A stretch of 64,000 nucleotides of DNA, taken from Schmidtea nova (taxonomy: Eukaryota). Positions within the stretch are counted from its first letter, which is position 1, and every line of letters begins with the position of its first letter. Below the pieces are notes generated by a model. It did not search any database. It was not told where the DNA came from and saw only the letters and a list, made by a program, of their open reading frames with translations. The DNA lies in contig CM097882.1 of NCBI GenBank assembly GCA_044892505.1, forward strand, positions 161,200,001 to 161,264,000, in the 5' to 3' direction. The translations under genes were made by a program, and so were the position numbers. Positions 1-9,600 of the stretch are shown here, piece by piece.

Positions 1-1473
1 TCCACAACATCCACATCCTTTACTCTTTCTAAGCATGCATATTTGTCTTGTCTGTGATCTGGTCATTATTCTCCTTTCCTCTGGTTCTTTTGTCGCAGTT
101 TTTTCTACTCGTTTAAATCTACACACGTTCACGTATATCGGTCGAACTAACGGATTGTTGACTAATTTTACCCGGATGTTATTTTCGCTAACAAATATGA
201 CTTCATATGGTCCTTTTCCCGTTCTCTGTAATTTTTTCGCTGTTCCTGGGATGATTTCCGGTGTTTCGACTATCACCCAATCGCCTAGCTTGAACTGATG
301 TTCGTGTACATTTCTCTTTTTGTCGTGTAGTTCTTTGTAGCTCTCTTGATTGAATCGTATATTCATACCTGCAACTTTCCAAATTTCTTGCATTCGCTCC
401 TTGAATTTTGTTACGTAATCGTCGATTTCCATATATTGTGATATTGGTGGTTGATATTCAAGATCCATTGGCATGTTACATTCTCTGCCGTACATCAATT
501 TAAACGGACTCATTTTTGTTGCCGAGTGAATCGACATACGGTATGCCATTAGACATAGATTCACATATTCATCCCAATCCTTTTGGTGTTTACTGACATA
601 ATTTGACATCATCTCAATCAATATTCCGTTAAATCTCTCCGTTTGTCCATTTGTTTGGGGATGATATGGTGAAGTTCTCAACTTAGCAATTCTGAAATAA
701 TTGGTAACTTCGTTGATGATCTCGCTCATAAAATTTGTTCCTTGATCGGTTAATATTTGTTTTGGTGTTCCATATCTACAACATATTTCTTCGACTAATA
801 TTTTGGCTATTGTTCTAGCTTTCTGATCTGGCATTGCAAATGCTTCTGGGAATTTTGTTAAGTAATCAGTTATTACTAATATATAAACATTTCCATGATT
901 CGTTTCTGGTAATGGTCCTACTACATCCATTGCGATCATTGTCATAGGTTCTGGTGGAATTGGCATTGGTTTTAAAGGTGTTTTCATTTTACTGCCAGTG
1001 CTTTTTCGCGTTGCACATATTAAACAATTCCTAATCCATTCTTTCACATCTTCTCCAATATTTGGCCAGAAATACTTCTGTTTTAATCTCGCTTCCGTTT
1101 TCTTAGCTGACATATGTCCACCAAGTTTTCCATCGTGGTATTGCATCAAGATGTCTTTCCTTCTACTTTCTGGTAAACACATGAGTCTTTTTTCTCCATC
1201 CATTGCTAATAACCAGCCTTTTTCGATTGTATATTTGTGCCTGTTTTTCTCCATATGTTCCTTTAGTTGGCTGTTATGATCAAAGATTTTCATATCATTC
1301 CTATTCAAATATTCGATGATTAGTTTTAGCTCCTCATCTTCATTTTGTTCTTGTTGTAGTTTAGTGAAATCAATATCTTCTGCGATTATCATACATATTC
1401 GCCTGACATCTTTATCCATTAGTTCCTCAAACATAAATCTTGACATGCAATCCGCATTTGCATTCGCTTTCCC
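1..1473 (-). CDS. pol: pol C-terminal part: end of RNase H plus integrase; in frame after a premature TAA and open to the window edge
   Basis: My translation gives GKANANADCMSR, the HHCC zinc motif (YHDGKLGGH...WIRNCLIC), IAMDVVGP, LTDQGTNF, SPYHPQTNGQTERFN and GPY. It is absent from the ORF track because it has no stop in the window. Confidence 0.93.
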
Positions 1474-3609
1474 TTACTTGAACTTTATATATGGCGAATA
1501 TTCTTGTAGCTGCATTGCCCATCTCATTAATCTGCTTGACGCTTCTTTGTGCTGGCCTAACCATACTAACGGTTGATGATCTGTTGTGATGTATATTTCG
1601 TGACCCCATAATAGATATTTGAAATGTTTAATCGCCTGAATGATTGCTAGCGCTTCTCTTTCCGTTACCGAGTAATTCTTCTCGTGTTTTCGAAAGGTTT
1701 TGCTGTAATATCCTATCACTCTTTCTCTCCCATCTTCATCCCATTGTCCTAGTACGGCTCCTGACGCGTATCCACTTGCGTCGGTTGCTAATAGAAATGG
1801 TTTTTTGAAGTCTGGGTGTACTAATATTGGCGATGAAATTAACTTATCTCGCAACTCTTCAAATGCATTTTGTTGCTCTCTTTCCCAGATAAATGGTGTA
1901 TCTTTCTTGACTAGCTCTTGTACAGGCTTTGCAATTCCGGCATAGTTTTTAATAAATTTCCGATAATAACCACATAGTCCTAAAAATTCTTGTACTTGGG
2001 TTATGGTTTTCGGTATAGGACAATTTTTTATCTTTTCGATATTTCTTGGGTCCGGCTCTTTTCCTTTAGCTGATACAATGTGACCCAAAAAGGTAACTTT
2101 TGGTTTTGCCCAATCACATTTTGATGGTTTCAATTTTAATTTCCATTGCCTTAATCGGATGAATACGTTTTGGATATCTTGTAAATGTTGTTCAAACGTA
2201 CCCGAGTAAATCAATAAATCATCAATATATACCATACATTGTTTTATCCCGTGAGTTACAAAATTCATGCATCTTTGAAATGACGCAGGTGCATTAGTTA
2301 AACCAAATGGCATCTTCTTGAACTGGTACAGATCTTTTCCGATGGTAAACGCTGTTTTCTCTCTGTCCTCTTCTTTCACTTTAATCTGCCAGTAACCGCT
2401 TTTCAAATCTAATGACGTGAAGTATGCTGCACCATGTAATGTTTGTAACATTTCGTTGATATCTGGTAACGGGTATGTATCTCTCTTGGTTACTGCGTTC
2501 AATTGTCGATAATCAATACAAAATCGTTGGGTACCATCTTTCTTTTTTACCATTACTACTGGAAATTGCCATGGTGAACAACTTGGTTCAATCACATCTG
2601 CGTCTAACATCTTTTGCACTTCGGCTTCGGCCACTGCTTTCTGCGCCTCTGCTAGTCGATATGGTCTCAATGTGATCGGTGTTTCGTCTGTTAGGGGAAT
2701 AGTATGTTGAGTTACGTCACTCGTTCCCAAGTCTAAATCTGATGCTGCAAAGATGTCTTTAAATTCTAACAATACTGTTTTTAGTTTTTCTTTTTCAATA
2801 TCGTTTAAAATTTCACTGTCGATTACCCATAACTCTTCCACTTTACTCTCATCCTCTTGAATTTTAGGTAATTCAATATTCATCATCGGGGTTAATTTTC
2901 CCAATCTCTCATTTTCGTAAATGATTTTGTCTTCCTCATCGAAATTGGTGATGTTGATTGGTATTTCGTTTTCTTTATTGACGTTCACTATTTCTCTTGC
3001 CAATGGTAACTCTTTTCTCATCTCAAAATTTTGATTTGGCTCAAATATCATTTCCCCGACTGCCGTGTCTTTTACTTTGGTGAAACATATCATTTGCGTT
3101 CTTCCTGGTACGACAATTTTCTTTGAACACCTTACCTCCGTTTTCATTGAACAGGTTTGTCCGCTTTTATCTTTCAATCTCATCGTACTTAAATCGATAA
3201 CAATCTCCTTTAATAATTCTGGCATTAAATCTGTCCCAATGATACATGAGGCTCCCAATTGTTTTATTACAGCTAAATAAGTAGACATCTCTACATCTTT
3301 ATACTTAATATCTGACCATATTTTCCCAATAACTTTGACTGATTCTTTATTGCACGTGACCACATCCATTGGTGCTTCTTCAATGCAAGGCCATAACATG
3401 CCTGGTATCATATTCATGTTTATTGCTGATATATTTGCACCGGTATCTATCATTGCATCCATTTCAACACCGTTGATTTCAATGGCAATAGTAAGGGTTG
3501 GTCCAGCTGATGTTCTATTGTCATTGTTGCTATTGTCATTGTTTCTAGATTTTTCTCTTCGCTTTGTGGTCTGTTTAGTATTGTTGGGTCTGGTCTGTTT
3601 AGTATTGCC
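1474..3609 (-). CDS. pol: pol: aspartic protease, reverse transcriptase, RNase H (frame open from 3609, first ATG 3462, TAA at 1474-1476)
   Basis: Motifs DTGA (protease), RFCIDYRQLN, LDLKSGYWQ, MPFGLTNAPASFQ, YIDD (RT), and LATDAS / TEREALAII / TDHQPL (RNase H). Confidence 0.97.
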   Translation of the reverse strand, partial: GNTKQTRPNNTKQTTKRREKSRNNDNSNNDNRTSAGPTLTIAIEINGVEMDAMIDTGANISAINMNMIPGMLWPCIEEAPMDVVTCNKESVKVIGKIWSDIKYKDVEMSTYLAVIKQLGASCIIGTDLMPELLKEIVIDLSTMRLKDKSGQTCSMKTEVRCSKKIVVPGRTQMICFTKVKDTAVGEMIFEPNQNFEMRKELPLAREIVNVNKENEIPINITNFDEEDKIIYENERLGKLTPMMNIELPKIQEDESKVEELWVIDSEILNDIEKEKLKTVLLEFKDIFAASDLDLGTSDVTQHTIPLTDETPITLRPYRLAEAQKAVAEAEVQKMLDADVIEPSCSPWQFPVVMVKKKDGTQRFCIDYRQLNAVTKRDTYPLPDINEMLQTLHGAAYFTSLDLKSGYWQIKVKEEDREKTAFTIGKDLYQFKKMPFGLTNAPASFQRCMNFVTHGIKQCMVYIDDLLIYSGTFEQHLQDIQNVFIRLRQWKLKLKPSKCDWAKPKVTFLGHIVSAKGKEPDPRNIEKIKNCPIPKTITQVQEFLGLCGYYRKFIKNYAGIAKPVQELVKKDTPFIWEREQQNAFEELRDKLISSPILVHPDFKKPFLLATDASGYASGAVLGQWDEDGRERVIGYYSKTFRKHEKNYSVTEREALAIIQAIKHFKYLLWGHEIYITTDHQPLVWLGQHKEASSRLMRWAMQLQEYSPYIKFK

Positions 3610-6600
3610 GGGTCAATCATTGCCCAATTTGGTTCGTAATGTGCTGGGTAGAAATTTGGCATTGGTAACATTCGTAGTCCAGCTCGTGTTTTTTCTCTCA
3701 CTGTTCCTGGTCTTTGTGGGTTAGGGTATGTCATTGGTGGTAAATTTTGACCTTCCCATTGTTTTGATTTTTCTGCTTCCCATATTGGTGCGGTACCATT
3801 TGATCCGGAGTTCGTTCCTCCTTGATTTCCTTTGTCATCGTTATCACTATTGTCATCATCCGAATCTTTCCTTCGGTTATCCCACCATCTTTTCCATCCA
3901 CTACGTCTGGTTTCTTTATATTTCGTTTTCTCTGCTTCGTTTTTCATAATGAATCTAAATTTTCTACCGATCTCTTCGTCGGTTCCTTTCATCTTGGTCA
4001 GTATTCCAATTAGCCTCTTTATTCTATGAATGTCTTTTGAATGCCCATGCAATACCATAGTTTTAGCCAAAAACGGTAGGAATCCAAGTGCCATTTTCCA
4101 ATTGATTTGTCTCTCTCTTTTATAGATATCAAAACAAGCTAGCATCTGAGTTATAATAACTCTGACTATTTGAATGATTAGGATTATCCCTAATATTCCT
4201 GCCATCATCTGTCCAAATACTAAGAATCTTCCCCACATGGCTTTCATCATATTATTGGTTGCGTGTTTAAAATGTTCTGGTGACAACAATAACTCGTAGT
4301 TCGGACTTCCCACGAAATTTGTTCCACCGGTTATGGCTATAATATTTGATAATACTGCTTGTCTTTGGGTTGGAAATAGTATATGCTTTCTCGCTGCTTC
4401 TAAATCTGCATCTCTGTACACTCCACTGTGTGAAATATCTATGGGTTTAAATTCTATTTCTGTTGTTAACTCTGTTAATCCAAATCGTTTAGGTGCTGAT
4501 ACAATTTGCCGATTTGGAAAAACTACCCATTTTGCATTTCCCATGTCATACATTGGTCCATACGCATTACTGCAATTGAACTGATGGGGTTCGTAATTTG
4601 GTGGATTTATTATTCTCGTTACTGCTTGTACAAATCGACTTCTTCCCTTGTAGAATATTTCCAATTCGTTAGTACATCGGTTTTCTGGTATTCTTGGTCT
4701 TTCCGGTAGTCTTGCTATCTCTTTTTTGCATTTGTATGTATACATAACTTCTCCCACAATTCGACCAAAATGTCCTTCTTGCAGTGGTAATAGTGGTATT
4801 GCGTTATCTGGATTCGTTATAGCCATTGCTAATTTGGTTCTCAAGATTTCTCTGTTCAATATACAATCGTTTTGTATCAAATCATGATATACTTTCTCTG
4901 TGGTTGCCATACCTCTATGGTATAAGAAATCCATTTTATTATTTGCGTACAAATACGTTTTAATGTCCACTGTATCTGGTTTTGGTGCTGCTTCAGCTAT
5001 CACTGTTGTAGATAGGAAAATTCCTTTGTAATTCGTTTTTATTACTAGTCTTCCGCATTTACTGACGGTTTCACCTTTGATGAATCTCATTCCCACTCCT
5101 GGATCTTTTGATAAAATTGTTGTTGATATAATTGCTGTTGGTGTATTTACTAATTTAAGTTTTTCCGTCGTCTCTTTATGCTGGAATGTTCTTGTTCTTT
5201 TGAGCTGTTCCATTTCTTGTCTGGTTGAATCATCTTTGGGCTCGTCATAAACTTTTCCTAGTATTTCCTCGAATTCAGCTTCTTGTAATAACATTAGTCG
5301 ACATTTATTCGCATCTGCCTTATAAATCAATGTTGATGCACCGGTATTACACGAGGTATGTTCTGCAGAACAACTTGGGAATTTTCTCATTGATAGCGTG
5401 TCTGGATCAAAATATCCCGGATATGTTTCCAATTTCACTTGATACATCTCTATTACTACTACATTGCTGACCACTTTTCCTAATAGAGTGTATGCTCCTC
5501 CTTTACAACTTCCGTCTGGTTTATTGACGTATCCAGCTGCATAAACTCTTGTTATTTTAATTGCTCCTGGTTGGGCAGCTATTATTATGTTTCCTGCTAA
5601 CGATATCCGTTTTGAGGTAAACGCTTCATTGCACTTTTCGCTATCCAATGATATTACTGTTGATTCCATTCCTGGTTCGATAATTGTTGAATATGAATAT
5701 TGTCCACAGTAATACGCGAATAATTTTCTCGTAACCGTGCATTCTCTTATTTCTGCCTTGATGAGGTCTGATTCCTGATACACGTTGTAACTTATTTTAT
5801 TCACAATTTGTTCCAACTTTTTCGGCGTGGCTTGTTTACAATCTTCCGTATCTTTTAATGAATATTTCTCGCTAAGCTCGATTTTGTCACAATCGTATAC
5901 CACAAACGATGTTGCTCCCTTTATGCACATCATCCAAATTAATATTGTGGTCAATATCGCATTCATACTCTTCCCATATGTTCTTTGATCGCGAAAATTC
6001 ATTGATCCTTCGAATTCTGTTAATAATTCTCTCAACTTTACTTGCATGGTTTCCGTTTGATCTATTTTATCTACTGAGTTGATGAATGTTTTCCAACCTC
6101 CTTGTTTCATTACATACGGCTCTATCATTTTTTCAATGATTTCCGTTATTGTGAATATATGACCATTTGAACTGTATCTGGGTGTTCTCCGTTTGTACAA
6201 GACGATCATATTGTACATTAAATATGCCAAGCTTACTAAATATTTTGCTGGTTCGTTCGTATTGTTTGTCAGTTTTTCGATAATTTCTTTCATTTCTGCA
6301 GGATTTCTCAACGTCATTCGTACTTTTCCTTCGATGATTTTTGAGATTATTGGTTTAATCGTTATCCACAGTTGTTTGGCTTCTTGTTGGATATGGTCTC
6401 TTTTTAACGCTCTTTTTATTTCTGGGTTTGCCAATGCAAGCATATCAGATACTAATTCATTTATCCATCGGATTCCTTGTTCGGTTATTGGTGTATTACC
6501 TTTCACTTGATTTGCAACTGACACTAGTTTGCTTACTTTTAGTTGTAATTGTTCCGTCTTGCTTACTGATGTTGGTTTTTGATTCCTTTCTGTTTGATCT

Positions 6601-9600
6601 TTCGCCGGCCTCCCTCTTGGGCGTTTATCTATCGTCGTTCCAACTTCTCGTCTACTTAGCTGATTATTCGCGATTTCTCTCGATGTTGTCGCTCCTCTAT
6701 CTGCGATCCAATTACTCCATTCGTCAGTTGTAGAATTTTCTCTTGCTCGTTTTTGTACTTTTTCTCGGTCGGTTTCATCATCGGTTGCTGTGATTTTTTG
6801 CCGTTTTACCCAAGGAATTCTCTGGTCATCGGTTGTTGTTTCATTTTCTATATTTGAGAATAAATCCCCTGAGTAAAATGCTGTTTCATCGTTTTCTCTA
6901 TTCGCAATATTTGTCAGTTCTTCTAATACGTCTTCATCAGTTGTTTCGACAATAATTTCACTTGCAGCTTCCGGTATTTCTGGTTCGTCTAAGTTTCCGA
7001 ACAATTTTCTCATTTGAGTTCGATTTCCCTCTTTTCTGATTAGTTCATTGCCTGCAATTTTAGAAACAGTTAAATGATTACTTGTTCCGATTCGTATCGG
7101 GGTTACACCAATTTCTATCTCATCATCGAGTGATCTTCCTTCGTACTGTAGATGAAATGGTAATTCAAATGGCAGTTTCTTTTTAATCTCTTTTATTTTC
7201 ATGGTTGCTAATACTTCCATTTCTTCCTTTCCAAAGTCTGGAAAATAGATTTTTAATCCACATTTTTGCGGTTCGTCACTTTCCCATTCCATTTGCCTCC
7301 ATTTTCTTCTAAGCTCATCGAATTGTTCTGGATACCAAGTGTATACTCGTCCATATTCCTCGATTTCCTTCACGAGCATTGTCATGGTTAATCTATCCTT
7401 ACCATTCTCGAGAATCCATTTTGCTAATTCGACTACCGCTCTTCGTTGATTTTTGGCACCCTTTTCTAAAATATCAATTAACTGTCTACTTTTTTGGGCT
7501 TCAGTTCTCTCTAATACTTCAGGGTCCATCAGTTCATCCATATCTACAGGACGTAATCTCGAGGTCGTTTCTTGTTTTCTCAGCACGCTGATTCTGGGAA
7601 TTGTCAGCTTTTCCCTTACGTCTTCCTCAATTTTGCATGAAACATAAATATCTCCTTCACTTTGATATCGAGATTTTTTATCTAATAGCAAGTGTTGCAA
7701 GATAAATTTTGGTGCTCCTGATGCTATATTTTCCTCTTTTCCTGGTTTATGATAGCAGCTGCAGAGCTTTTCTGGATAAATTTCTTCACTATGACCCTTC
7801 TCTGAATTGTAGGATGATCCTATAGACAATGTTACTTTTTGATCGAACGGCCATGTTAATTCCTCGTCATTGATCCCTTTACAGATGATATAAAATAATG
7901 ACGTATGAGTTCCTTTACCAACTCCATCTCCGTTTGGATAAATTCTCATTTTTAATTTATATCCGCCTGGGTAAGTGTAAAATTGTGGGCTTGTCAATCG
8001 TGTTACTTCACCCTCCTTTGCTGCTCTCACTTTATCTGCCCAATTTGAAATTCTCCATTTGAATGGTGCAAGATATTTCTCTTCGCATATGTTCTCGTCG
8101 ACTTCCAAATGTTTCCCAGTTATTTCTGATGGTTCGTAAATCTCATGGGTTTCCTCATATAACAGTTCCTCAGGTATTCGTTCTGGTTCACATGTTACCC
8201 ATCTATCCTCCACATTTGGTTGTTCCCATCTGTATCGATTTTCTAGTTCTATCCATGTCTTTATCCACGGCGTTGGTTTACAATCTCCATAATGAAGAGG
8301 TTTTATTTTCCCCTTTATTTCATTATCCGCTCTCCAAAAATTATATAAATCGATTATCTGGTCTAATTTTCCGACCATTTTTCTTTTAAATCTCCTCACG
8401 TGACCATCGTCTTTCTCTGGTTCGTCCATTGCCCATATTTTAACTGTTTGACCGTCTTCCCAAATACCCAGTTTATATAAGGGTGTCTGATCATCCTTTT
8501 CTAATACATGTTTATTGTACACGATTATTACATCTTCTATTAATCCGTCATCACTATTTTGTTTCACGTTATGCATAATTTTCTCATCGATTATGCGTAT
8601 GAATTCGTCTACCGTACAATCTGGTTCTATTTCAATTGTTTGTTCGTCTCCACTTGGCAACGTTAGATTGACTTTTATCGTTTCCGCTCGATTCTTTGAT
8701 CTCTGATAGCCGCCATATTGACTTATTAATTCGATTGCTCGTTTATCATCTAATCTCACTAACTCGGTATCTCGTACGAACTCTACAAATCTCTTCATTG
8801 ATGCTGGTCTTCTTCTATTTATACTGTCGATCATTTTCCTCGTCTGGTCTATTGCTTGTGTCGAAAGCATTAATCGATTTTCCCATATTGCTTGTTCGGC
8901 CAATTTTAATAATTTTGGTCCGATTTCATAATCGTATCCATCTCCAATTCTTGTCAGTAGTTTCATCACCGTTTCTTCAATCGCGTTCTTCTTTAACGTT
9001 AAGATATTCAACTCGTTCGGCCATATCATAGCATCTACTAGATGTATTCCCTTTTTGATTCGCCAATTATTCAAATAAAGATAATCGTTTTTAAAACTGC
9101 TACCCATTTTCTCTTGCATCCAGTCATATAATGCGTTAGTATTTGGGTCGTTTATTTTTATTCCTAATACATCGATTTCGGGGTGGTGTACTTCTATCGT
9201 ATACTCTTGAGTTGGCGTTTCTTTTAATTGCTTCTTGTATTCCGCTATTGAGTTGTTCCACTCTGCGGTGAATACTTGATTTTCTACCTGATTTGCTTGG
9301 GTGACTTCCTTCATAAACTTCTGATATACTTTTTCATCAATAAACTCCCGATTCTTCATGGCTAATTCAACCTTGCCTGTTACTTCTCCGATGATATTCC
9401 AATCGTCTTCACTTAGCAACGCGTTGCTTGATGTTTCGGTATCACTTTCTTCACTAGCCAAAGGTGCTTCTAAATTGTTGTTTTCCTCACTTGACGGAAA
9501 TAAATCGCCTCCTAAACTACTCACTTCGCTAATCTCGTCTTCTGGATCTGTTTGATCATCATTTCGCATTCTCATCATATTTATTTTATACACATTTTTA

